A stretch of DNA of 64,000 bases from positions 5,603 to 69,602 of the forward strand of contig JAGVLJ010000016.1 of NCBI GenBank assembly GCA_020049855.1. The letters are read 5' to 3'. Under the pieces are notes generated by a model. That model made no database searches. It was not told the origin of the DNA and saw only the letters and a list, made by a program, of their open reading frames with translations. The translations under genes were made by a program, and so were the position numbers. The DNA is from Bacteroidia bacterium (lineage in GTDB: Bacteria; Bacteroidota; Bacteroidia; UKL13-3). Within the stretch, counting starts at the first letter, position 1. Each line of letters starts with the position of its first letter. Below, piece by piece: positions 39,692-49,234 of this stretch.

Positions 39692-41242
39692 TCAGAGTTT
39701 GACCTCTTCGCCATTTTTATCAAAGAAATGGTACTCCGACAAATAATAGGATGAAACGGGCTTAATTTTTATCCACTTACCATACTTGAGAAACCAATTA
39801 AACCGTTTGGATTTGACGCCCTTCTTGAGGTAAGACTCTATGTATGGGTGTACTTGCAGGGTAATAGACCTAATGTTCAATTCTTCATACAGGTACTCCA
39901 TATTCTTTTCAATCTCGTCAACGATCAGGATGCTGGCTGCACTTTGCCCGGTTCCGTTGCACATGGCGCATACCTCAGTTGTAACCACATTTGTCTCGGG
40001 TCGTACCCGTTGACGGGTTATTTGTACCAACCCAAATTGGCTCATAGGAAGAATTTTGTGCTTCGCCTTATCATTTTTCATAGCCTCCTTCAAACGCTCA
40101 TAAACCTGCCTACGATTACCGGCATTCTTTAAATCAATAAAATCAATTACCACAATGCCGCCCATATCTCGCAAACGTAGTTGTCGGGCAATTTCATCAG
40201 CAGCTTCCAGATTTACATTAAGTGCGTTTTCTTCCTGATTTTTTTCAACCACCGTTTTGCCACCACTGTTCACATCAATTACATGCATTGCCTCGGTATG
40301 TTCAATAATGAGGTATGCCCCCCCACTAAGCACTACTTCTTTACCAAAAGCAGTTTTAATTTGTTTCTCTACCCCAAAATGCTCAAAAATGGAAGTTTTT
40401 CCGTGGTGTAGTTTCACAATTTTATCGAGATGTGGTGCAATGGTTTTGATATACAATTTTATTTGCTGAAAAACATACGGATCATTTACATGGATACCTG
40501 AGAAATCGTCATTCAACATATCCCTTAACATGGAAATAAACCGATCACTTTCGCCAAGAATTTTTTGAGGAGGTGATGCTTTTTTAAGTTGCTTGAAAAT
40601 GCTCTCCCATTTATCAACCAAATCATAGTAATCGCGTTCTACGTCCGCAAGGTTAGCCCCCTCGGCCACAGTTCTAACAATTACCCCAAACTGATTTCCC
40701 CGCATACCCTGAAACAATTGCTTCAATCTCACCCGTTCTTCGTTGCGCTTAATCTTCTTAGAAACGGTAATTGAGTTGCTGAACGGAACCAGCACCAAAA
40801 ATCGTCCTGCCAATGATATTTGTGAACTTAATCTAGGACCTTTTGATTGGATAGGTTCTTTTACTATTTGAACAAGCAATTGCTTTTCCTTACCGATAGC
40901 CGCTGTTATTTTACCCGTTTTATCAATGTCCTTTTCAGGTTCAAATTTTGATAAATCGGAAGTTTTAATCCCCCCTCCCTGAACCTGCCTTGTATATTTA
41001 ATAAGGGATTTTATTTGTGACCCTAAATCAAGGTAATGCAAAAAAGCATCCCTCTCATGCCCTACATTTATAAATGCGGCATTTAATCCGGGCATTATTT
41101 TATTCACAACCCCAAGGTAAATATCACCTACCGAAAAATTATTGGAATTCTTTTCCTGATGTAATTCAGTAAGTTTTTTATTTACAGTTAGGGCTATAAC
41201 AACACCCGAAGAGTCGGAACTAATAAATAGTTCACTACCCAC
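39692..41242 (-). CDS. rng: ribonuclease E/G family endoribonuclease (RNase G-like)
   Basis: The N-terminal S1 domain (VGDIYLGVVNKIMPGLNAAFINVGHERDAFLH) is followed by the RNase E/G catalytic core (GGIVVIDFIDL...). The size of 516 aa fits Rng. Confidence 0.85.
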   Translation of the reverse strand: MGSELFISSDSSGVVIALTVNKKLTELHQEKNSNNFSVGDIYLGVVNKIMPGLNAAFINVGHERDAFLHYLDLGSQIKSLIKYTRQVQGGGIKTSDLSKFEPEKDIDKTGKITAAIGKEKQLLVQIVKEPIQSKGPRLSSQISLAGRFLVLVPFSNSITVSKKIKRNEERVRLKQLFQGMRGNQFGVIVRTVAEGANLADVERDYYDLVDKWESIFKQLKKASPPQKILGESDRFISMLRDMLNDDFSGIHVNDPYVFQQIKLYIKTIAPHLDKIVKLHHGKTSIFEHFGVEKQIKTAFGKEVVLSGGAYLIIEHTEAMHVIDVNSGGKTVVEKNQEENALNVNLEAADEIARQLRLRDMGGIVVIDFIDLKNAGNRRQVYERLKEAMKNDKAKHKILPMSQFGLVQITRQRVRPETNVVTTEVCAMCNGTGQSAASILIVDEIEKNMEYLYEELNIRSITLQVHPYIESYLKKGVKSKRFNWFLKYGKWIKIKPVSSYYLSEYHFFDKNGEEVKL

Positions 41243-41384
41243 TTTGATTCATATATAAAGTTAACTAGAAGGAAGTAATAACTTAAGATATTACCTCTTC
41301 TTATGCCTGTTTTTTCTTAACCTTTTTTTGCGTTTGTGCGTGGCAATTTTGTGTCTTTTTCTTTTCTTTCCGCTTGGCATAGCT

Positions 41385-42209
41385 TTAATTATTTTGAATT
41401 TCTTTAATTAAATCGTCAATTTTATTTTTGGCCTTTTGTTCTTTGGTTAGTGCTTTACACTCTTCAAGCATCATTACAGCCTTTTCCTTTTTACCCAACT
41501 GATTGTATATATCGGCCAGATAATAATAATACTCCGTATTATAAGGCTCTAACCTACGAAGTTTCTCAAAACGATCAGCAGCTTTATCCATTTGCCCTGA
41601 CTGTATGGCAAGCATTCCTAAGGTAAAGGTAGCCTGAACATTATTTGAGTCAGTGGCTAAAACCTCTCTAAGCATTTTTACTGCCAACATAATCTGGGAA
41701 GGGTTTTGAGCTAAACAAAGTGCTAATGAATTCTTTGCATCTAGGTTACTTTCATTAAAAGAAAGAACCTTCTCAAATGATTCGGTTGCCTTGCCTATGC
41801 AAAAAAATATCTCAGCAGAGTCTGTTGCATTTCGCGCGGCCTGTATGTACGCTTTTCCTGCCCTAAGCCAACTATCTTCTGAAGGAGCGGCTAGTGCAGC
41901 TTTAAAATAATAACTCCCTGAAACAGGCCATGCTTTCAGGGAGTCATATAAACTGGCCAATGCCATATAGGCAGAGGCACTACTTGAAGACGATTTTACT
42001 TCCGCCTCAAGCAAATCCACATGTTTCTTTATACCCTCAGGCAAAGAATTAATAACCGTTTGTTCTGCTACTTTCTCATCAAAAGTACCAACATTTCTCT
42101 GTCTGGTTGCTACCTTCTTCACTGAACTTTTATACCCTTTTACAAAAAGTATAGAACAACAGGAAAGAATAATAATCCCTAATAGCAGGGGGCCTTTTAT
42201 TCCCTTCAT
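41385..42209 (-). CDS. tetratricopeptide-repeat protein (membrane-anchored)
   Basis: An N-terminal hydrophobic anchor is followed by TPR-like helical repeats. Confidence 0.6.
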   Translation of the reverse strand: MKGIKGPLLLGIIILSCCSILFVKGYKSSVKKVATRQRNVGTFDEKVAEQTVINSLPEGIKKHVDLLEAEVKSSSSSASAYMALASLYDSLKAWPVSGSYYFKAALAAPSEDSWLRAGKAYIQAARNATDSAEIFFCIGKATESFEKVLSFNESNLDAKNSLALCLAQNPSQIMLAVKMLREVLATDSNNVQATFTLGMLAIQSGQMDKAADRFEKLRRLEPYNTEYYYYLADIYNQLGKKEKAVMMLEECKALTKEQKAKNKIDDLIKEIQNN

Positions 42210-42228
42210 CGGGTAATGCGAAAAGCCC

Positions 42229-42552
42229 TTAAGCTTTAGCGGCTGATTTTTTTGCAGCCATTGTTTTAACGGTTTCGCTCTTTTTTACTTTGTCAACAAA
42301 GGTCTTAGCCGGTTTGAAAGCAGGAATCCAATGCTCATCAATTACCATTGCCGTATTTTTTGAGATATTACGGGCAATTTTTTTTGCTCTCTTCTTTACG
42401 ATGAAACTTCCGAAACCTCTGAAATACACGTTTTTGCCTTCAACCATTGAATTGCGTACAACTTTAAAAAAAGTTTCAACACATTCTTGAGCGGCCAGTT
42501 TTTCTACTCCTGTTTTAGCAGAGATTTCTGCAATTACTTCAGCTTTTGTCAT
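42229..42552 (-). CDS. HU-family DNA-binding protein with Lys/Ala-rich C-terminal tail
   Basis: MTKAEVIAEISAKTG...FRGFGSF matches the HU/IHF fold signature (RNP..G). The tail is …MAAKKSAAKA. Confidence 0.8.
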   Translation of the reverse strand: MTKAEVIAEISAKTGVEKLAAQECVETFFKVVRNSMVEGKNVYFRGFGSFIVKKRAKKIARNISKNTAMVIDEHWIPAFKPAKTFVDKVKKSETVKTMAAKKSAAKA

Positions 42553-42700
42553 TGTTCTGTAGCTTTTAATTTTTTATAATTCAACTATTTAATAAAAACT
42601 TTTGGTATTAGTTTTTAGGACGGCAAATTTAGTTAAATTTCCATTTAAAAAAACTTTTTCCGCTGAAACAAAATTATTTGAGAATAATTTTGTGCAATTC

Positions 42701-43756
42701 ATGTGCTTCTCTACTCAACTTATTCAATGGTATCGCCAAAACAAGCGTAACCTGCCTTGGCGTGAAACCACAGACCCTTATAGAATCTGGTTATCCGAAA
42801 TAATTTTACAACAAACACGTGTAGAACAGGGACTTCCGTACTTTTTAAAATATGTACAAACATATCCAAATTTATCCGACTTTGCAAAAGCCAATGAAGA
42901 TGAAATCCTTAAATATTGGCAAGGATTAGGCTATTACAGCCGAGCCAGAAATATGTTAAATACTGCTAAACAGATAATTAAATTTCATAATGGGAAATTC
43001 CCGGAAAACTATGCAGCACTGATTCAACTTAAAGGAATTGGACCTTATACAGCAGCAGCCATCGCCTCTTTTGCATTTAATGAAAAAGTAGCCGTAGTAG
43101 ACGGTAATGTATTCAGGGTTTTAAGCCGGTTTTTAGGTATTTACGAACCGATTAACAATTCGGCAGCAAGAAAACTTTTTACCAAAGCTGCTTTAGAATT
43201 AATGAATAAAAAAAATCCTGCCGAATTTAATCAGGCAATAATGGAATTTGGAGCTACACTATGTAAACCGGCTAAACCCGATTGTTCAAATTGCCCAATC
43301 TCATCCGCCTGCTTTGCCTTTTCCAAAAATAAAATCGCAGAACTACCTGTTAAGATTGTGAAACCAATAAAGAGAATTAGGTATTTTAACTATTTGCACC
43401 TGAATGACAGCGGAAATACATTTTTTAAAAAACGGGAATCTAAAGACATCTGGCAAGGGCTGTATGAATTTCCATTGATAGAAACCCCAAAGACAATTAA
43501 CCAAGACGAACTCCTTGAACATCCCGATTTTAAAAAATTGGTTCAAAAAGCGAAAATAAAAATAACAAATTGGCATTCAGCGAAAAAACATATCCTTAGC
43601 CATCAAATTATTTACGCCAGATTTTGGCAGATTGAAATGGTAAAGGGGAATCTAAAGCAGGATAAGGCAATTATTAAGATTTCCGAAGAGAGGCTTGCAG
43701 AGTATCCTGTTCCTCGGATTTTGGATATATATTTGAAAAATAATAATCTAGTTTAG
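42701..43756 (+). CDS. mutY: A/G-specific adenine DNA glycosylase
   Basis: The HhH-GPD domain reads LPWR...PY.IW.SEI.LQQT...KGIGPYTAAAIASFAF. The [4Fe-4S] Cys cluster is C.P.C..C....C, and a C-terminal NUDIX-like domain follows. The start was set at the ATG at 42701. Confidence 0.85.
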   Translation: MCFSTQLIQWYRQNKRNLPWRETTDPYRIWLSEIILQQTRVEQGLPYFLKYVQTYPNLSDFAKANEDEILKYWQGLGYYSRARNMLNTAKQIIKFHNGKFPENYAALIQLKGIGPYTAAAIASFAFNEKVAVVDGNVFRVLSRFLGIYEPINNSAARKLFTKAALELMNKKNPAEFNQAIMEFGATLCKPAKPDCSNCPISSACFAFSKNKIAELPVKIVKPIKRIRYFNYLHLNDSGNTFFKKRESKDIWQGLYEFPLIETPKTINQDELLEHPDFKKLVQKAKIKITNWHSAKKHILSHQIIYARFWQIEMVKGNLKQDKAIIKISEERLAEYPVPRILDIYLKNNNLV

Positions 43757-43774
43757 AATTAATGTTAAATTTCT

Positions 43775-44212
43775 ATGTCAGTTAATAAAGTAATTTTATT
43801 GGGAAATTTAGGTAAAGATCCTGAAGTAAGAAATCTTGAAGGTGGGGCAAAAGTGGTGAAATTTTCATTGGCAACCTCAGAGACATACAAAGACAAAAGT
43901 GGGAACAAGGTTGAACAAACCGAATGGCACAATATTGTTGTGTGGAGAGGTTTGGCTGATATAGCCGAAAAATATCTGCGTAAAGGGAGTTCTGTTTTTA
44001 TTGAAGGTAAAATAAGATCCCGCTCATGGGATGATAAAGATGGTAACAAAAGATACATCACTGAAATTGTAGCCGACAATTTAACGCTTGTAGGAGGGAA
44101 AAGGGATGAGAATTCCGGTGGAAACCCATCTAACGCTAACGTAACAAATGGCGATGTTGGATCTGCAAATCCCACATTAACAAATGACAGTTCTGATGAT
44201 CTGCCGTTTTAA
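43775..44212 (+). CDS. ssb: single-stranded DNA-binding protein
   Basis: It has an OB fold (MSVNKVILLGNLGKDPEVR...TEWHNIVVWRGLAD), a Gly/Asn-rich linker and an acidic tip DDLPF. Confidence 0.9.
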   Translation: MSVNKVILLGNLGKDPEVRNLEGGAKVVKFSLATSETYKDKSGNKVEQTEWHNIVVWRGLADIAEKYLRKGSSVFIEGKIRSRSWDDKDGNKRYITEIVADNLTLVGGKRDENSGGNPSNANVTNGDVGSANPTLTNDSSDDLPF

Positions 44213-44236
44213 TGTATAACCTAATTTAGATAAATT

Positions 44237-45595
44237 TTGGAAAGTTACCCGCCTTATCCTTTATCAACTCTACTTTACGTACCCCAATCGGTTTTAAAAC
44301 AGAATATTCCTCCATCAGACTGGGTGAGCGTACTAATAAGTATTATACTAATATTTATTTTTTTAGCATGTGTAGCGGTATTCTCCGCATCTGAAAATGC
44401 TTTTTTTTCTATAAGCCCTGCTACTGTTGATGAATTAAGGCAAGACGATAGCCGATTTGCCAAAGCAACAGTTTTTCTAATGACACACCCAAAGAAACTT
44501 CTGGCTACCTTACTTATAGGAACAAATTTCGTGAATGTGGGTATAGTAGTTTTATCTTCATTCATAATGAATATTTTGTTTGATTTTTCAATTAGCCCTA
44601 TTGCCGGATTTATTTTTCAGGTAGTTATTGTTACCTTTTTGATTGTAATGATTGGGGAAGTGCTTCCTAAAATATATGCGGTACATAACAGCATGAAAAT
44701 GGTTAAACTCATTGCCTCTCCTATTCTTACGCTGAGTAAAGTCCTAAGTCCTCTGGTTTTTATTCTCGAAAAATCAACTTCCATAATTGATAAGCGCATC
44801 ACTAAAAAAGGGCACATGCTTTCGATTGATGAACTTAATCACGCTATTGATATTACCAGCGAAGAAGATGCCCCGGAAGAGGAAAAGGAAATACTCAAGA
44901 GTATTGTAAATTTTGGGAATATAAGTGTGAAAGAAATTATGAGACCACGGATGGACGTGGTGGCATATGATAAAAAAACAGACTTGGCCTCTCTAATCAA
45001 AGAAATCAACGAATGGGGCTACTCCAGAATCCCAATTTTCGAAGGGAACTTTGACCGGATAGTTGGTGTTTTATATATTAAAGATTTACTGCCTCATTTG
45101 GGAAAAGTGAATGACTTGGCTTGGCAAAAGTTAATAAAACCACCCTATTTTGTACCGGAAAGTAAAAAAATAGACGACCTGTTGAAAGAATTTCAGAATA
45201 AACGGGTACATTTAGCTATTGTGGTTGACGAGTTTGGTGGTACAAGTGGCATTGTAACTATGGAAGATATTCTGGAGGAAATCTTTGGAGAGATAAAAGA
45301 CGAATTTGACGAAGACGAATTGTTTTATTCCAAACTTGATGAAAGCAGCTACGTATTTGAAGCAAAAATATCACTAAACGATATGTGCCGATTGATGGAA
45401 ATTGAGGATAATAGTTTTGATGATATAAGAGGTGATGCCGATACATTAGGTGGATTAATTCTGGAGATGACTGGTAAGATTCCTAACCTGAAACAAAAAA
45501 TAGAATACAATCATTTCATATTTACGATTGAATCTGTAGACAAACGAAAAATAAAAAGAGTTAAGGTAGAATTAATTCCGTTGCTTGAAGGATAA
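44237..45595 (+). CDS. gldE: gliding-motility protein GldE (CNNM/DUF21 transmembrane domain plus CBS pair plus CorC_HlyC domain)
   Basis: It has a DUF21 membrane domain, two CBS domains and a C-terminal transporter-associated domain. It is followed after 2 bp by a GldD-like lipoprotein gene, and ssb and mutY lie upstream, as at the Flavobacterium johnsoniae gldDE locus. Confidence 0.7.
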   Translation: MESYPPYPLSTLLYVPQSVLKQNIPPSDWVSVLISIILIFIFLACVAVFSASENAFFSISPATVDELRQDDSRFAKATVFLMTHPKKLLATLLIGTNFVNVGIVVLSSFIMNILFDFSISPIAGFIFQVVIVTFLIVMIGEVLPKIYAVHNSMKMVKLIASPILTLSKVLSPLVFILEKSTSIIDKRITKKGHMLSIDELNHAIDITSEEDAPEEEKEILKSIVNFGNISVKEIMRPRMDVVAYDKKTDLASLIKEINEWGYSRIPIFEGNFDRIVGVLYIKDLLPHLGKVNDLAWQKLIKPPYFVPESKKIDDLLKEFQNKRVHLAIVVDEFGGTSGIVTMEDILEEIFGEIKDEFDEDELFYSKLDESSYVFEAKISLNDMCRLMEIEDNSFDDIRGDADTLGGLILEMTGKIPNLKQKIEYNHFIFTIESVDKRKIKRVKVELIPLLEG

Positions 45596-45597
45596 CC

Positions 45598-46182
45598 ATG
45601 AGCAGAATTTTTAGCGCATTCATTAGTATTTTGTTAGTTGGGGCTTTTGTTTCATGCGAAGACGAATACATTCCAAAACCAAGAGGCTACAACCGAATCG
45701 AATTTCCGGAAAAATCATACATAACCTATGATTCCATTTATCCATTCACCTTTCAATATCCTGCGTACGCAAAAGTTTTACCGTATCAGGGAAGTGATGG
45801 CCCTCATCCTTATTGGCTAAATATTTATTTTCCTAAGTTAAAGGCTACACTTCACCTTAGTTACCTTGGTATAGAATCGGAAAATGAATTAATAAAAATG
45901 ATTGAGGACTCCAGACGTTTAGTATTTAAACATACAGTAAAAGCCGAAGAAATTATAGAAAACTACCTTGATAAACCGGGCAAATATGGCATTGTTTACG
46001 AGCTTACAGGTTCAACCGCCAGTGCTTTACAATTTTATATAACCGATAGTACCCAACACTTCCTCCGAGGCTCACTTTATTTTAATGTAGCTACCAATCC
46101 TGATTCGGTAGCACCTGTTATCAACTTCATTAACAAAGATGTTGAGCGGTTTCTTGAGAGTTTATCCTGGAAGTTGAAATAA
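45598..46182 (+). CDS. gldD: gliding-motility lipoprotein GldD
   Basis: It is a lipoprotein of about 190 aa (…VGAFVSC) immediately downstream of gldE. Size, position and a conserved N-terminal region (…IPKPRGYNRIEFPEK.Y…) fit GldD. Confidence 0.65.
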   Translation: MSRIFSAFISILLVGAFVSCEDEYIPKPRGYNRIEFPEKSYITYDSIYPFTFQYPAYAKVLPYQGSDGPHPYWLNIYFPKLKATLHLSYLGIESENELIKMIEDSRRLVFKHTVKAEEIIENYLDKPGKYGIVYELTGSTASALQFYITDSTQHFLRGSLYFNVATNPDSVAPVINFINKDVERFLESLSWKLK

Positions 46183-46453
46183 CTATACCTCAGGAAAATA
46201 ATTTCCTGATTTTTGAACCTAAGCCCAACCGTTATGAAGTACACAATTTTACTTTATTTCGCAACTTGCTTCACCTTCAATTCGCTTAGAATTGCTTAAC
46301 GAATACAACGGCTGATACTATGTACACCTTATTAAAGTGAGGCTTTCCTCCCCATGTAGCATCAAATTCATGTATAGGCATTGCAGCATTATACGGTAAT
46401 AATGTAACGAGGTTAAACTACTGCCAGATGGACTTTCTACCATCTCACTCCAG

Positions 46454-47083
46454 TTAGCATAAGGTAAAAAATTCTGTTTTCTCGTTGGTATGAGATTGGA
46501 TAACACCCACGCTGACTAAGTTCACGAGCATTTTTTGAGCGCGCCACCTCGATATATTTAACAACTTACATGCATCTTTCAGAGTAATTTTTCCTTTTGT
46601 TTCTATGTATTTTAACAGGTCCCTTTCTTTATCGCTGTAGCGAATTACCACACCCTGCAAACTATGCTGCCTTTTTAATACATCTACTACCACTTTACTT
46701 GCCAATAGGCTTTTGTCTTTAACGCGAACATGAACCCACCATTTGCCGGTATCATCTTTGGCGTAATAGGGTTTGTTCTCACCTTCGGGGATTTTTGCTT
46801 CAAGAATTACTTTATTGCCTATTTCCCATTCAATGATTTCAATGCCTATCTCTGGTTTGCAATAAAACCGGACAGCCAGATCGAGCATGTATTTTTCATC
46901 TTCACTTTTAATCCCACAAATCATTTTTTTATCAGTAACCCCTACTAGCAGCGTGCCACCTTTGTGATTTGCAAATGCCGACATTGTTTTGGCTATTTTA
47001 GTGGCCGATGAAATGGTTTGTTTAAAGTCGAGGGTGTCGCTCTCTCCCGCCAGCAATAATTGCTGAATATGCGTAAGACTCAT
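46454..47083 (-). CDS. AlbA_2 (Schlafen-like divergent AAA / putative DNA-binding) domain protein with C-terminal winged-helix
   Basis: LLAGESDTLDFKQ...ISSATKIAKTMSAFANHKGGTLLVGV is the AlbA_2 N-terminal signature, seen in 'RecG-like ATP-binding transcriptional regulator' N-domains. The C-terminal helix-turn-helix is LKDACKLLNISRWRAQKMLVNLVSVGVI. Confidence 0.5.
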   Translation of the reverse strand: MSLTHIQQLLLAGESDTLDFKQTISSATKIAKTMSAFANHKGGTLLVGVTDKKMICGIKSEDEKYMLDLAVRFYCKPEIGIEIIEWEIGNKVILEAKIPEGENKPYYAKDDTGKWWVHVRVKDKSLLASKVVVDVLKRQHSLQGVVIRYSDKERDLLKYIETKGKITLKDACKLLNISRWRAQKMLVNLVSVGVIQSHTNEKTEFFTLC

Positions 47084-47251
47084 GCGAACAAAGATAAATT
47101 AAAATTAGTAGATGGGACATAGAGGCAAAGGTTACACTTCTCCATTTTGTTCCTGCGTAAAATTAAGTTTTTCCCTTAGCCCCATAAATACTGTCGCTGT
47201 AAGATTTAAGTGCTAACTTTAGTACTTTTGCATCCTTAAAACTGAAAATAA

Positions 47252-48718
47252 ATGAGTGTGCCGATAAAAATAGCCGTAGCCAAAGGTGATGGCATAGGAC
47301 CCGAGATTATGGATGCGGTTTTAACTGTGTTTAACTCTGTCGGAGTACCATTGCAATATGAATTTATTGAAATGGGTAAAACCTATTTTTTAGAAGGATA
47401 TGGCACCGGCATGACTCCTAAAGCCATGAAGGTAGTAGAAGAACTGGGCATATTATTTAAAGGTCCCATGGAAACCCCAAAAGGGAAAGGGATGAAAAGC
47501 ATCAACGTTACAGCCCGCAAAACATGGAGCACCTATGCCAACCGCAGACACTTTCAGTCGTTGCCCGGAGTAGATACCGTATTCTCACGTGCCGGCATTC
47601 CCATTGATATTACCATCGTTCGCGAAAACATTGAAGGTACTTATGGAGGTGTGGAGCACATGAACACCCACGATGTGACTATATGCCGCAGAATTATTTC
47701 GCGACCAGGAAGTGAACAGGTCATACGTTTCGCATTTGAAATGGCACGCAAGGAAGGATTTACCAAAGTAACCTGTGCACACAAGGCCAATATCATGAAA
47801 ATTACTGATGGTCTTTTTCTTGAAGTTTTTCAGGACATAGCCAAAGAATATCCCGATATACAAAGCAATGATATTATAATAGATGATTTAGCCATGAAAT
47901 TAGTAGCACGTCCACACGAGTTTCAGGTGGTGGTGCTCACAAATCTTCAAGGAGATATTATGAGTGATTTATGTGCCGGACTTGTAGGCGGATTGGGATT
48001 TGCTCCTTCGGCCAATATTGGCGATCATATAGCCATTTTTGAAGCAGTTCATGGTACTGCGCCTGATATTGCCGGCAAACAAATGGCCAACCCAACTTCT
48101 CTTTTGCTAAGTGGATTGATGATGATGCGTCACTTAGGTTTTGTGAAGCAGGCTGCTCAAATAGAAAATGCATTGCGCTATACATTGGAGCAAGGCGTGC
48201 ATACAGCCGACTTTGGCGATCGCTCTATCCCCTTTTCCACTACCCACGAATTTGCACAGTCTGTTATAACTAACCTTGACAAAGAACCAGAATTTTCGAA
48301 ACCCAGAATAGCAAAAGATGGAGTACCCCTTTTTATAAAGCCCTTGGCTGCTACCCATCAAAAAATGATGGAAAGCACCAAAGACAAAGCAAACAAGGTG
48401 ATAAAAGGAGTGGATTTATTTATTGAAAGCAGCGAACCGGGCGAAGCTATTGCTGCTACTATTCAGCCCTTACTTTCCTCCGGACAAAAGCTGGTAACGA
48501 TTTCTAACCGAGGCACCCTGATATGGCCAACCGGATCGGTATTTACCGAATTAGTTGATCACAGTTGTGTGCGTATAGAACAGGAACAAGGAGAAATGAC
48601 CCAAAACGAAGTGTTTGAACTACTAAAAAAGGTGGGAAAACAGTACATGATTCCCTCATACGAATTACTGCGAAATTTTGGAATAAAAACCGGTTACAGT
48701 CTCACTCAGGGACAGTAA
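47252..48718 (+). CDS. icd: NADP-dependent isocitrate dehydrogenase-family enzyme (isocitrate/isopropylmalate dehydrogenase fold) with C-terminal extension
   Basis: The IDH/IMDH motifs are KIAVAKGDGIGPEI, the substrate Arg cluster (RENIEGTYGG), and NLQGDIMSDLCAGLVGGLGFAPSANIG. A C-terminal domain of about 140 aa is added. Confidence 0.8.
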   Translation: MSVPIKIAVAKGDGIGPEIMDAVLTVFNSVGVPLQYEFIEMGKTYFLEGYGTGMTPKAMKVVEELGILFKGPMETPKGKGMKSINVTARKTWSTYANRRHFQSLPGVDTVFSRAGIPIDITIVRENIEGTYGGVEHMNTHDVTICRRIISRPGSEQVIRFAFEMARKEGFTKVTCAHKANIMKITDGLFLEVFQDIAKEYPDIQSNDIIIDDLAMKLVARPHEFQVVVLTNLQGDIMSDLCAGLVGGLGFAPSANIGDHIAIFEAVHGTAPDIAGKQMANPTSLLLSGLMMMRHLGFVKQAAQIENALRYTLEQGVHTADFGDRSIPFSTTHEFAQSVITNLDKEPEFSKPRIAKDGVPLFIKPLAATHQKMMESTKDKANKVIKGVDLFIESSEPGEAIAATIQPLLSSGQKLVTISNRGTLIWPTGSVFTELVDHSCVRIEQEQGEMTQNEVFELLKKVGKQYMIPSYELLRNFGIKTGYSLTQGQ

Positions 48719-48722
48719 TTCT

Positions 48723-49217
48723 TCAGGCGTTTACGTTGAGGTAACGGGCCAGCCACGTATTTTTAAGCGCAATTAACCAGTTCAAATCAAACTGCTCTTT
48801 GGTTTGAACCATATTATTAAACACAAGGCTATCTTCATTGATATCGCCATGCAAAAGCAGGTTCGGAATAAAATGCTTATTTACTACCCGTATCTGTTCG
48901 TCTTTTTTATAAGCTACCAGTAGGCGGTTAAAAAAATCAACCTTAAAATCACCCGCTATCGCCTTGAGAAAATTTACTGATTTATCTATCCCACATCCGC
49001 TTACCCCGTTAAATGATTCATCAACCATTACTACCACAAAACGGCCATAGAGTAAATCGATAGAGGCCTTCAACTGTTTGTCATGAGCTGTCCACTGGTG
49101 TACAAATTCAAGAAAAAGTCGCTCCAGTTTTTTTTGTTCAGTTTCCGAAAAAGACCGATCGGCCATGTACACCCACACACGAGAATGGGGAGGCATTTGC
49201 GAAAAATTCATACGCAA
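48723..49217 (-). CDS. hypothetical protein
   Basis: This is a 164-aa ORF with no recognisable motifs and no signal peptide. It is convergent with icd, 4 bp from it. Confidence 0.3.
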   Translation of the reverse strand: MRMNFSQMPPHSRVWVYMADRSFSETEQKKLERLFLEFVHQWTAHDKQLKASIDLLYGRFVVVMVDESFNGVSGCGIDKSVNFLKAIAGDFKVDFFNRLLVAYKKDEQIRVVNKHFIPNLLLHGDINEDSLVFNNMVQTKEQFDLNWLIALKNTWLARYLNVNA

Positions 49218-49234
49218 AGATATAAAAATTAATT

